Source of the DNA: a virus
Taxonomy: Duplodnaviria; Caudoviricetes
Virus record (IMG/VR): IMGVR_UViG_3300042196_000163
Location: 10,030 to 74,029 of that record
Reading direction: 5' to 3' (one strand)
Length of the DNA: 64,000 bases
Numbering within the stretch: the first letter of the stretch is position 1; each line of letters starts with the position of its first letter. A program made the translations under genes and the position numbers. This document shows, in pieces, positions 1 through 9,518 of this stretch. The notes beneath the pieces are model-generated. The model did not search any database. It was given only the letters and a program-made list of their open reading frames with translations, and was not told the origin of the DNA.

Positions 1-790
1 CGCGGCGCTCGGCGCGCCGGTGCGCTATCTCGTGCACACCGACGATCCCGATCGCATCCGCGCAACACTCGGGCAAGTGCCGATCGAGTTTCGTCCTGTC
101 GACACCACCGAACACTATGACGCCTTCGGGGCCGCGCATCGCGACGCCATGGCCTTCGCCCGCAACGACGAGCCGATCATCTTCCTGTCGGCGGATAGCA
201 TCATCTCTTGCGAGGCGATAATCGCTGCGGCCAAACGTTTCGCCGCCGGCTATCGTCTGGTGATGTGTTCTGGCACCAGGGTCCTCGCTGATCCGACGAT
301 GCCAATCGGGGCGACGGCCGCACAGCTCAACGCGTGGGCGATGGAGCACATGCATCCGATCATCGCCGAGACGGTGTGGCCCGCAATCTCGAGGATACCG
401 GCGGTCCTGCACTTCCGACATGCCGGCGGCGTCGTTGCCCGGAGCTTTCATCTCCACCCGCTGGCGATGAAGAACGACCGCAGCTTGGTATTCAAGGGAA
501 CCGTCGACGGCGAACTCCCGAGCTGCTTCCGGGAAGAAGATATCCATGTGGTGGTCGATCCCGACGAGTTGGCCGGGGTCTCGATCACGCCGCCGTCGCG
601 GCGGTTCGGCACGGCAGACGGACTGCGCCTCGACCACATCAGAAATTGGGCGGCCCGCCGCGCCACGCCGCGGCACTGGTGGTTTTTGAGGCACCGCATC
701 GTCCTGACCGGAGACGGCGCGCAAAGCGAAGAAGAGGGCCGCATCATGAGCGAAATTCTTCGCGATAGCCCCGCGCGCTCGGCCTTATAG
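1..790 (+). CDS. Putative glycosyltransferase-like (GT-A-like) protein, probably 5'-truncated by the window
   Basis: The frame is open from position 2, so the true start is likely upstream. Motifs IIFLSADSIIS and VARSFHLHPL resemble proteins I recall from alphaproteobacterial glycosylation loci. Confidence 0.45.
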   Translation, partial: AALGAPVRYLVHTDDPDRIRATLGQVPIEFRPVDTTEHYDAFGAAHRDAMAFARNDEPIIFLSADSIISCEAIIAAAKRFAAGYRLVMCSGTRVLADPTMPIGATAAQLNAWAMEHMHPIIAETVWPAISRIPAVLHFRHAGGVVARSFHLHPLAMKNDRSLVFKGTVDGELPSCFREEDIHVVVDPDELAGVSITPPSRRFGTADGLRLDHIRNWAARRATPRHWWFLRHRIVLTGDGAQSEEEGRIMSEILRDSPARSAL

Positions 791-805
791 GTCGGCGCGC
801 GTTCA

Positions 806-1663
806 ATGCTGACGGCCGTCTACGATCTCGCGGTCTCACCGCCGACCTTCGACTGCGTCGGGTTCCTGGCGGCCGCGGATCGTTACCGGATCCAACTCGG
901 CGACGAACAATTCAAGGTCGCCATTGTGCCGGGCCCCGATCACGGCTTCCGGGCCGATTGCCTCCCACCGCGCGCGCCTGAAAAGCGGATGACGATGCGC
1001 CGGCAAATCGTCGAGGCCGCCTGCGGGCTATTACCGGCTTGTATCGGCGTCGACATTGTCCAGCGCGCAGCCCTGCGGCTCACCGGCCCGGTGTTCCCGC
1101 TCGCCTATCATCCGGGCAACCCGGAAGCGCATTACGGCGCCGGCAGGATATTGGAGTCTTGTCGCGCCAAGCATTTTCCGTTCCGCGCCGAGCCGGCACC
1201 GCTGGCGCCGCGCACCGTGACGATGACGCTGCGCGAATCGCATTATTGGCCGCAGCGCAACAGCAACCGCTACGCATGGCTTGCGGCCGGCGACCGTCTC
1301 ATCGATTTGGGCTACCAGGTCATCATCATTCCCGACGTCGACAGCGCGCCGCTGCCCGGTCGTTTCGGCATCGCCGATTTCGCCACCACCGATCTTCGGG
1401 CCCGCGCGGAGCTCTATGCCGGGGCCGCTGCGAACCTATTCATCAACAACGGCCCGGCCTGGCTGGCAACGCTCATGGACCGCGTGCCGGTCACAATTTT
1501 CAAGATGCTGGCCGAAGGCGCACCGGCGTGCTCGGCGCCGTTCTTTGCCGGTCATGGCCTGCATGTCGGCGCGCAGATCGGCCGGCCAGGGCACCGCATC
1601 GCCTGGGAGGACGATACCGCCGACGCGATCGTGCGTTCCTTCGAGGAGCGCGCCGCGGCATGA
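806..1663 (+). CDS. Putative GT-B/GT9-like glycosyltransferase
   Basis: The C-terminal VTMTLRES...YQVIIIPD...ARAELYAGAAANLFINNGPAWLA segment resembles the GT9 (heptosyltransferase-like) nucleotide-binding half. Confidence 0.5.
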   Translation: MLTAVYDLAVSPPTFDCVGFLAAADRYRIQLGDEQFKVAIVPGPDHGFRADCLPPRAPEKRMTMRRQIVEAACGLLPACIGVDIVQRAALRLTGPVFPLAYHPGNPEAHYGAGRILESCRAKHFPFRAEPAPLAPRTVTMTLRESHYWPQRNSNRYAWLAAGDRLIDLGYQVIIIPDVDSAPLPGRFGIADFATTDLRARAELYAGAAANLFINNGPAWLATLMDRVPVTIFKMLAEGAPACSAPFFAGHGLHVGAQIGRPGHRIAWEDDTADAIVRSFEERAAA

Positions 1664-2358
1664 GCCGGGGCATCGAGGATCATTTCTGGATTCCGGAACG
1701 GCTCTGGGAAGGACAGACCGCGATCCTGTTGGGCGGCGGGGATAGTCTCCGCGAATTCGATCTCGAGCGGCTGCGCGGAATCAACGCCAAGGTGATGGCG
1801 ATCAACGCGCTGGAGCTGCGCGCGCCGTGGAGCGCGGCGTGGTATTTCACCGACAATAATATTTTCGAGTGGTGGCGGCCGCGGATCGAGGCGTTCGAAG
1901 GCCTCGTCATCACGGCGTCACGCATCGCCAAGCGCGAGTTGCCCGAGAAAATCCGCCGCGTGCAGCTCGAGCCCGACAACAAGCCGGTACGCTTCATGCC
2001 GCCGGGCTGCCCCACAATCACCCATGGCCGATCGAGCGGGCATCTGGCGATCAGCGTTTCGGTGGCGCTCGGCGCGGCGCGGGTTCTGCTTTTGGGTTTC
2101 GATATGCGGGTCGTCGACGGCCGTTCCAACAGCCACGACGAATATCGCAAGCGCCGGGCCATCGGCTACGGCGACACCGACCCAGCGGTCTACACCGACG
2201 AATTCCTGCCGGCCTTCGCCGGCTGGCAGCGCGCAGCCGAACAGGCCGGCGTCGCGATCCGAAATTGCACCCCAGGATCCATGCTCTTGGAATTTCCGAT
2301 GTCAACGATTGAGGTCGAGCTGGCGCGCCTCGGCGCGGCCCCGAGCCAGGCGGCCTGA
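1660..2358 (+). CDS. DUF115/MAF (MptE-like) family protein
   Basis: ATGA overlap with the upstream stop. Motifs AILLGGGDSL, VMAINA, SSGHLAISVSVALGAARVLLLGFDM and IRNCT are typical of the family. Confidence 0.7.
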   Translation: MSRGIEDHFWIPERLWEGQTAILLGGGDSLREFDLERLRGINAKVMAINALELRAPWSAAWYFTDNNIFEWWRPRIEAFEGLVITASRIAKRELPEKIRRVQLEPDNKPVRFMPPGCPTITHGRSSGHLAISVSVALGAARVLLLGFDMRVVDGRSNSHDEYRKRRAIGYGDTDPAVYTDEFLPAFAGWQRAAEQAGVAIRNCTPGSMLLEFPMSTIEVELARLGAAPSQAA

Positions 2359-2573
2359 TGACCACGTATGTGCTCCGGCTGCTGCGGGATTTGTGCATCA
2401 AGCCGATGCCGCATCTGCAGCGAAAGATGTTCGGCCGTCCGACCGGCAACGAGCCCGGCCGCGGCGGCTCCGGCGCCATCTCGTGCCCGGCCACCCCACC
2501 GGCCGCCGTCGCGCCAGCACCAAAAGCCGCACCGAAACGTCCATTGCCGGCCACCAAGTTTCGCCGCCACTGA
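2358..2573 (+). CDS. Small basic/Pro-rich hypothetical protein
   Basis: TGATG coupling to the upstream gene; 71 aa. Confidence 0.5.
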   Translation: MTTYVLRLLRDLCIKPMPHLQRKMFGRPTGNEPGRGGSGAISCPATPPAAVAPAPKAAPKRPLPATKFRRH

Positions 2574-2642
2574 CCTGCGGCCCGGCCGCTACCCGCAAAT
2601 CCCGACACCGCCAACGCGCCTCTAGGCGCGCAAGGAGAGTCC

Positions 2643-5069
2643 ATGGCCAAGGAACCGCATATCGAAGACGCCAACACCCGGCTGACCGAGACCTTCGATA
2701 CCACGGTCAGGTATTCGCGCTATTTCTCGAAGGGACGCGAGGCGCGCGCGCGGGGCTATCAGAAGATTCTCTACGAGGGCAATGCGGACGTCGCTGAGCC
2801 CGACCCGACGCGCACCGTCATCCTTGAGGCGCTCGCCGCGACGGCGGAGGAGGGCGCCGCGGCCGGCTTCCGCTTCCGCTATCGCACGACCGATGGGCCG
2901 GTCGCGCTTGGCGCCCGCATCCCGTGGGGCGTGGACTCGGATGGCGCCGATCCCGCAGAGCCCGAGGATTTCGTCGACGGCGTGTGGCCGGCCGGCGTCG
3001 CCGTGATCGCGCCGGGCGCCGAGATTTCCGACGAGTTCGGGTTCGGCGCTGTGGCCGATGATCTCGACGAGCTCGCGGAAGGCGCAAAGCTGGTCACGCG
3101 CGAAGGCATCGAGGGCAATGTCCGTCTCGGTGCGGCGAGCACGGCGCTGCTCGTGATCATGGACACGACACCGACGCCAACGCCCCCACCGCCGCCGGAG
3201 CCGCTCCCGGACGTGACCGAGGTCATCAAGCTAGGCACGGTCGACGGCGTGCGCGGGCAGACCTTCGATGGCTCGAAGGCGCCGCAGACCCGCGACGTCG
3301 TCAAATACGCCCAGCCCCGCGCGCATTACAAACTCAATCCTGAGAAGGGCGCCCAGATCGTGGTCGAGGGGCCCGGCTTCATGGACACGCTCAACGACAT
3401 CGAGCGCATCCGCTTCACGGACGGCGACTATGACTGCCTGACCGGCGCCATGGTCGGTGGTGAGCCGGCGCCGCAGCCGGAGCCCGAACCTGAGCCGGAA
3501 CCGGTGCCGGAGCCCCCACCGCCGCCGCCCCCACCGCCGCCGCCAGAGCCGGAACCCGAGCCACCGCCGCCAGTCCCGCAGCCCGCCGGCAGCGTCAGCG
3601 CGCGTCTGAGCAACGGCGTGACGCTGACCGAAGCGGCCCCGCGCAGCGGTGACTGGTCCATGATCGTGCGCCGCGCCAGCGACCGCACGCAGGTCGACCT
3701 CGACTATGCCCGGGCCTTCACCGGGGCCAACGCCAACAGCCCGATCACGGCCTGGTCGGTCTATGACGGCGACACGCTGATCGCAACGGTCAAGGTGCCG
3801 CGCTTCAACTGGCGGGGCCGCTCGCGCTGGGAGAGTGCGCCGGCGCCGTTCACGCGCTCGGTGGACGAAGCCACCGCCCAGGGCTTCTTCGCGAAATATT
3901 CGACGGCCGGGTTCAACAACGTCAACAAGCCGGGCAAAGTCGTTTTCACGCCGATGGGCAATGCCGGCCTGCGGATGAACATGGGCGAGACCGGCGGGCG
4001 CGCCGATATCGGGTTGCTGACCGGCTGGGCATCGGAGTTCCTGGCGACGCGCTCGGCCGACGCGGAAGCCAATATGCGCGCGGTCGCCGAGGCCGCCGGC
4101 TCGATGCCGACCCTGGTGCGCGACGAAAGCACCGGCCGGGCCGTCAGCGTCCTGACCTATCCCAACATCACGAACCAGGAGCTGCGCTTCAACGGCTCGC
4201 CGCGAATGACCTTCGTCGACACCGGCTGGTCGATGGACACCGCGCACTTCCCCGACGTCTCGTACCCGATGGCGGTGCTGACCGGCGACGAATGGCATAT
4301 CGAAAACCTGCAGATGCAGGTGATGGCCTTCTTCGTGAACTCGGACCCGTTCTATCGGGAATCCGGCAAGTGCATCGTGATCCCGCTCCAGGTCCGCCAT
4401 TGGGCCTGGCTGATCCGCCTGATCGCGCGCTGCGCCAAGATCTCGCCGATCGTCGCCACCGGCAACCTGCTGCCGCGCCAATACTTCCTGGACATCCTGG
4501 AAAACAATCGCAAGTGGATCATCGCGAACTACGTCAACAACCTGAACCGGCAGCAGTCGGTCTTCCACGACATCATGGACATGCCGGGCCAGCCGGCCGA
4601 GGGCGGCGCCGACATCCAGGGCTGCTATATCAAGATCTGGCAGGGCTTCTTCTGCGTCCAGGTCTGCGAGGATCTGGTGCGCATGGGCTTCGCAGAATGG
4701 GCGGCGGTCGCGGATTGGTTCCTCGATCCGGTCCTCAAGCGGCTGCTGCCGAACACCGGCTGGAGCCGCGCCTATCCAGGCAACTATCAGGACGTCATCG
4801 GCGTCCGTAGCGGCTCGATCGTCACGATCGTCGGCAGCTACGCCGAGGCCTGGGCGCTGACGAGCAAGAAGTTCGGCCTGGTGGCGCCGGCGAACGACGT
4901 GCTCGGCAGCGGCTACCAGGATTGGAACTATCTCGCCAACGCGCTCGGCGCCGCGACGCTGGCGTCCTATCGCAACGCGCAGGCGAAGCAGGCGGCGGAG
5001 TGGCTGCGGCCGCAGCTGGCGAACTCGCCCTGGGGCGTCGACATGCAGCTCTGCTTCGCGGCGGCATAA
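2643..5069 (+). CDS. Large multidomain virion/surface protein: Calx-beta-like, RTX-associated and Pro/Glu-linker modules plus a putative alpha/alpha lyase-like domain
   Basis: AAGGAGAG RBS. Motifs V.IAPGAEIS..F..VADDLDE.AE, DTLNDIERIRFTDG, PEPEPEP linkers, GGRADIGLLTGW and DTAHFPD. Confidence 0.5.
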   Translation: MAKEPHIEDANTRLTETFDTTVRYSRYFSKGREARARGYQKILYEGNADVAEPDPTRTVILEALAATAEEGAAAGFRFRYRTTDGPVALGARIPWGVDSDGADPAEPEDFVDGVWPAGVAVIAPGAEISDEFGFGAVADDLDELAEGAKLVTREGIEGNVRLGAASTALLVIMDTTPTPTPPPPPEPLPDVTEVIKLGTVDGVRGQTFDGSKAPQTRDVVKYAQPRAHYKLNPEKGAQIVVEGPGFMDTLNDIERIRFTDGDYDCLTGAMVGGEPAPQPEPEPEPEPVPEPPPPPPPPPPPEPEPEPPPPVPQPAGSVSARLSNGVTLTEAAPRSGDWSMIVRRASDRTQVDLDYARAFTGANANSPITAWSVYDGDTLIATVKVPRFNWRGRSRWESAPAPFTRSVDEATAQGFFAKYSTAGFNNVNKPGKVVFTPMGNAGLRMNMGETGGRADIGLLTGWASEFLATRSADAEANMRAVAEAAGSMPTLVRDESTGRAVSVLTYPNITNQELRFNGSPRMTFVDTGWSMDTAHFPDVSYPMAVLTGDEWHIENLQMQVMAFFVNSDPFYRESGKCIVIPLQVRHWAWLIRLIARCAKISPIVATGNLLPRQYFLDILENNRKWIIANYVNNLNRQQSVFHDIMDMPGQPAEGGADIQGCYIKIWQGFFCVQVCEDLVRMGFAEWAAVADWFLDPVLKRLLPNTGWSRAYPGNYQDVIGVRSGSIVTIVGSYAEAWALTSKKFGLVAPANDVLGSGYQDWNYLANALGAATLASYRNAQAKQAAEWLRPQLANSPWGVDMQLCFAAA
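3463..3585 (+). repeat. Low-complexity coding repeat (PEPEPEP...PPPPPPPP)
   Basis: Reiterated ccggag/ccgccg units in frame with the 808-aa ORF. Confidence 0.85.
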
Positions 5070-5081
5070 GGGCGGCCGCTT

Positions 5082-8072
5082 TTGATCCCCTGGCACGGCC
5101 GCAGTTTCAAGGAGCGCCTTGACCGGGCGCCGCTCCCGCGCTGCGCGCTGCTGCCGGAGATCAGCATCCTGGTGGGCTGGGTGGCAACGCAGGGTGGCGC
5201 CCCGCCGCCAAACGAAGCGCCAACCGACATACAGATTTCGAGCGCGACAATTGTCTCCGACGCGGCGTCGGGCACCGTTGTAGGCGCTTTGACTGCAACC
5301 GACGTCGATGATTCGTCCTTCACCTGGGAAATCATCAACGGGAATACAAAATTTGAGCTGTCTTCCAGCACCGGCCTCACCGTCAATCTTCGCCGCAGCG
5401 CGACCGGCACTCTCTCGATCGGGGTCAGTGAAAACGTTCAGATCAGGATCACGGACGGCGGCCTGAACACATATCAAGAAACACTGTCGATCGCCGTTAC
5501 CGATCCTGCGGAGGTCGTGCAGGTCGATACGCTCACTATCACCAATCTGTCCGGCTCGACGCTGGCCACGAACTTCGTCACCGATATCTTTGGGCTGGCC
5601 TTTAAGAAAGGCGACATCCCGAGCGGCAGTTACCCGCGCATCGAACTCTCGGATGGCACGCTGTGCCCGGCGACGTTCTCGAACTTTTCCACCTGGTCGG
5701 ATGGTTCGCTTAAAAACGGATATGGCTTCTGCCGCGTGCCAGAAAGCTTGGCTGGCTCAGGCACCAAGACACTCAACATCAAGAACAATGGCACGGCGCC
5801 GAGTGCGTCGGGCTTCACCACCGCCAACATCAACGCGTCCGCCAGCCGCGATTTCAAGGTGACGCTGACCGGCGTTGAGAATCTGTCGGGCGCGTTCACG
5901 TCGGCGCTCAACCAAGGCATCACCGACAACGACAAGATCTACAAGGATTGCGACGGCGACGCAGGCGCGATCTGGGTCGTAGAGGAAGAATGCTCCGCTC
6001 ATAGCCATTTGCTTGCCCGCCACTACATCCGTGTCGGCAAGGACGCCAGCGCCGCCGTCTATGACTGGCTGTGGTGTCCGCTGGTCTTCCAGCCGAAGAT
6101 GAACACGGCAACGCCCTTGCGCCGCGCTTTCCAAATGGCCGTCTTTGATGGCGCCTCCGAATTCTCGACGGGCTATCACGGGTCCGGGACGGTCACGTAT
6201 GCCGGCACGGCGTCTCGCCTCAACTGGACAGCACACGGGATGGCCAGCGGCGAGGGCTTCACTGTTTCGAATTCCGGTGGAGCGCTGCCGGCTGGCCTGA
6301 CCGCAGGCACCGTTTATTTCGCCAGCGTCATAACCGCGAACCAGATTGAGGTCTGGTCGAAGCCCATGCTCGGCGAGAATGGGTCCGGGGCTCTGGTCGC
6401 GTTTTCGACGAGCGGCAGCGGCACGCACACCGGCCAGCGCGTGACGGCCCTGGATCTTCATGGCGGTGTGTACGGTATGCAGACCGATGGGAAATGGCAG
6501 TGGGTGGCAGGTTCGGCCGCCGCGCGTCCCAACCTTTCAATTCTCCAGAGCGCGGCTTACCAGCACTCAACCAAACTGTTCCCGCCGTGGGATTTGACGC
6601 TAACGCCCGATGCGACGGCCTCAATCAATTATGCGCCCAACACGGCCGGCGACCAGCGCCGCTTCATCGGCGCGGGCGGTGGGCATCCACAAATCGGGTT
6701 ATGGCCGATGTGGTCCATCATTCAGCTTATGCGTCGCGACACGACAAGCGAGCGTGTCGCCCGCGTCAATGGCCTCGTCAGCGCGCACCTGAACATTTGG
6801 GTCTATGACGAGACGACCAGGCAGTTTCCCGTCTACAACAACAAGAGCTATAGCGGGTTGCCGGCGTCGAGCCTCACCGTTCGATACAACGGCAATGGGG
6901 AAAACATCTCGGGGATGAATTGGCCGCCGTCGCAATGGGATCTCTTCAGCCAGTACGACACGTCCCACAACTGCTCGGCGCCGACGCACCAGTTTCTCGT
7001 GTTCGGGGGCCCCGTCTACCGCGACATCGTCGCGAGCATGGCGGGCATGAGCACGCTTGGACGATATACCGATCCTGGCGAGGGCCGGCAGATCACGGTC
7101 GGCCCCACCACGTATTACGCCAATGCGCTGTTCTTTCCGTCGCTGCCGCGCGTCGATGCGTGGTCCTTCCGTGATCAGGTCGGCAGTTTCCTCTTGCCCG
7201 ATGCGCATCCTGATGGCACGGCGAGCACTGCGCATCTCCAAGATATGGCGACCGGCACAGCGGATTGTTACGTCGCTTATCGAAACACCAAATCGGCACA
7301 GTATCGCTCAAGCGGCATCTATGAAAGCGCCACCCGCGCCGATGGACAGGGAAGCCCGTGGGCATACCCCGGGTATTTTGGCTGGGCCCTTGCCTGGGGC
7401 GCCGGCATTTCCGAGGATGCGGACATCACGACGGTCGCGCAGCACGTCGCTAACTTCTACGCCGCTATCACCACCGCGCAAAGCATGTATGGCCTGACGA
7501 CAGCGTACATGATGGGCGTCAACAACACCGATCATGGAAGCAACGCCAACGATTTCAGCGAGGCGACGGTCATCACCGATCCCACCCTGATCTGTTTCCA
7601 GGGCGGGATAACGGCCACGACGGATGCAGGGACGGACGTGGTCACGCTGGTTCTGCCTGCCGGATCGCCGACATTGGCCGACAACGACGTGATCGCCGTC
7701 AACAGCATCTCTGGCGCGCTGCCGGGCGGCCTCAACGGCTTCCAGCCCTACTACATGCGGGACGTGTCGGGGAGTACCGGCAAAGTCGCTGCCACGCCGG
7801 GCGGCACGGCGATCAATATAACGACGACCGGGTCATTCAATCCGATGATGGCGTTCCCGGGCGAGACGATCCCCAGCGGGTCGGATGGCATCACGCCGGG
7901 CGACAACTACGAGGGCAGCTACAGCGCGCTACACCACGCGACGATGTGCACAATGCTCGCGAACGGACTGACGGGCCTGACGACCGCGAAGTCACAAAAC
8001 GATACGATCATCGCCAATGGCACGCACGACTATCAGGTGAACCCCATTCACGCCTATCAGCCGACCTTCTAG
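5082..8072 (+). CDS. Large multidomain protein: cadherin-like, PcRGLX/YetA-like RIFT barrel and lyase-like domain (putative depolymerase)
   Basis: NEAPTDI..GTVVGALTATDVDD (cadherin-like); FGLAFKKGDIP..TWSDGSLK (RIFT-like); GGGHPQIGLWPMW..DTSH. The TTG start is uncertain. Confidence 0.55.
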   Translation: MIPWHGRSFKERLDRAPLPRCALLPEISILVGWVATQGGAPPPNEAPTDIQISSATIVSDAASGTVVGALTATDVDDSSFTWEIINGNTKFELSSSTGLTVNLRRSATGTLSIGVSENVQIRITDGGLNTYQETLSIAVTDPAEVVQVDTLTITNLSGSTLATNFVTDIFGLAFKKGDIPSGSYPRIELSDGTLCPATFSNFSTWSDGSLKNGYGFCRVPESLAGSGTKTLNIKNNGTAPSASGFTTANINASASRDFKVTLTGVENLSGAFTSALNQGITDNDKIYKDCDGDAGAIWVVEEECSAHSHLLARHYIRVGKDASAAVYDWLWCPLVFQPKMNTATPLRRAFQMAVFDGASEFSTGYHGSGTVTYAGTASRLNWTAHGMASGEGFTVSNSGGALPAGLTAGTVYFASVITANQIEVWSKPMLGENGSGALVAFSTSGSGTHTGQRVTALDLHGGVYGMQTDGKWQWVAGSAAARPNLSILQSAAYQHSTKLFPPWDLTLTPDATASINYAPNTAGDQRRFIGAGGGHPQIGLWPMWSIIQLMRRDTTSERVARVNGLVSAHLNIWVYDETTRQFPVYNNKSYSGLPASSLTVRYNGNGENISGMNWPPSQWDLFSQYDTSHNCSAPTHQFLVFGGPVYRDIVASMAGMSTLGRYTDPGEGRQITVGPTTYYANALFFPSLPRVDAWSFRDQVGSFLLPDAHPDGTASTAHLQDMATGTADCYVAYRNTKSAQYRSSGIYESATRADGQGSPWAYPGYFGWALAWGAGISEDADITTVAQHVANFYAAITTAQSMYGLTTAYMMGVNNTDHGSNANDFSEATVITDPTLICFQGGITATTDAGTDVVTLVLPAGSPTLADNDVIAVNSISGALPGGLNGFQPYYMRDVSGSTGKVAATPGGTAINITTTGSFNPMMAFPGETIPSGSDGITPGDNYEGSYSALHHATMCTMLANGLTGLTTAKSQNDTIIANGTHDYQVNPIHAYQPTF

Positions 8073-8074
8073 CG

Positions 8075-8944
8075 CTAGGCCGCGGCAACCCGCCGACGGC
8101 TCTCCGCTACGGGCACTGCACCCGGTCTGGCAACGATACGCGACGTGATGGCGGCGAGGTCATCGCGCTGATAGCCGCGGAAACGACGATCGAGAGATAG
8201 GTCGCCGAGCGCAACGCGCGCTCGCTCGCAGATTTCCGACTCTTGGGACGTCACGTCGAACCCCATGTTCTGGAGCATGGTCAGGTAATCCGAGTGCCGT
8301 AGCCGGTTCTGATAGAACAGCGGGTGGAAGTTGATCGCGTTCCAGGTCAGATCGCCGAATTTGAGGAAGTTGACCCGGCTGATCGACTTGTCCTTGTGCT
8401 CCCAATGATCCGAATTATCGACGATGTGCGCCATCACGCCGCCGGGTTTCAGGATGCGGCGGAACTGACGCAGGATCTTACGAAGGATGCCCGGCGGGAT
8501 GTGCTCGAGGCACGCGCGCGACCAGATGACGTCGACAGACGCATCGGCGATCTCCGACCAGTCACACGGTGCCAGATAATCGAATTCTGAGAACTCGGCG
8601 CGCACGGCGTGCCCTTGCTTCACGAGCAGCGCCTTGGCGCGATCGAAATAGGCGCCGTCCATCAGCGCCTTGTCGTCGGTCATGATCACCTTGGCGGCGC
8701 CGGCTTCCTTGAACAGAAGCGGGATCAACGGCTGCCAGCCCGAGCCGAGTTCGAGAACCACAGCACCACGGATGCGATCGCGACCGATCATCTCGATCAG
8801 ACGCAGCCCGTCCTCGATGCAGCCGGGTTCATTCGCAGCGTCGCCCTCGATGCCGGAAATGCGGCGCTTCAACGCACGAAGCTGAGACTGAAATGGCAGC
8901 GAGGCTAAGGCCAGGCTGCGGGCGTACTGAAGTTGCCAGCGCAT
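8075..8944 (-). CDS. Class I SAM-dependent methyltransferase (polysaccharide-locus type)
   Basis: VLELGSGW motif I; SVDVIWSRACLEHIP; RILKPGG. Oriented opposite to the structural operon. Confidence 0.85.
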   Translation of the reverse strand: MRWQLQYARSLALASLPFQSQLRALKRRISGIEGDAANEPGCIEDGLRLIEMIGRDRIRGAVVLELGSGWQPLIPLLFKEAGAAKVIMTDDKALMDGAYFDRAKALLVKQGHAVRAEFSEFDYLAPCDWSEIADASVDVIWSRACLEHIPPGILRKILRQFRRILKPGGVMAHIVDNSDHWEHKDKSISRVNFLKFGDLTWNAINFHPLFYQNRLRHSDYLTMLQNMGFDVTSQESEICERARVALGDLSLDRRFRGYQRDDLAAITSRIVARPGAVPVAESRRRVAAA

Positions 8945-9058
8945 TGCGGAACTCCCCGGTTATTCGCCTTTGGAGTGTAGCACGTGCAGCGGCGGCATGG
9001 GTTAACGGGCGTCGACAACTAAGCGGCGGAAATCATTACATCTTTGCGGGGGCGCTCA

Positions 9059-9517
9059 ATGCGGAAACTGGCGGCCGAGTTCAATTCCGGGGAGTTCCAC
9101 TTCTATCTGAACTCGACCGATGGGCGCGGCGACGGGACTCCGGAGCACCTCCACGACCTTGCTCACACGGTAATTCCGCTCTCGCCGATCACGCCCGTCC
9201 GCGTCGATGCCATCTTGACGACCGGCCCGACATGGCTTGATGCCGATCTATTCGGCTTTCTTCACGATGGAGTTTCGACGCCGGGTTTTCCCGCGCTGCA
9301 AGCCGGCGTCCTTCACCGAATCTCGGTCCCGTATTTCACTGTATGGACCGCCGATCTAGTTCGTGCGCGCGCCGAAGAAATCGCCGGCGCGCTCAACGCA
9401 GTCGAAGGCAAATGGCTCTGCGGCTTCTCGCGCTTCGGGCCTGGCGGAACAGGCCCGGATCTCTATCGCGCGGACCCGAAGGCGTGGACCGGCAACCCGA
9501 AGCCCTGCCGGGTCTGA
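9059..9517 (+). CDS. Hypothetical protein
   Basis: Clean ORF in operon orientation; ATG at 9059 chosen over the upstream TTG. Confidence 0.55.
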   Translation: MRKLAAEFNSGEFHFYLNSTDGRGDGTPEHLHDLAHTVIPLSPITPVRVDAILTTGPTWLDADLFGFLHDGVSTPGFPALQAGVLHRISVPYFTVWTADLVRARAEEIAGALNAVEGKWLCGFSRFGPGGTGPDLYRADPKAWTGNPKPCRV

Positions 9518-9518
9518 C

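Noticed and set aside
1039-1659. N-terminal extension of the 439-aa ORF
   Set aside because: Overlaps the 806-1663 gene in another frame; the recognisable domain starts at the coupled ATG at 1660.
3231-5477. 748-aa reverse-strand ORF
   Set aside because: Antisense shadow of the 808-aa gene; Arg/Ala-rich with no motifs, as expected at high GC3.
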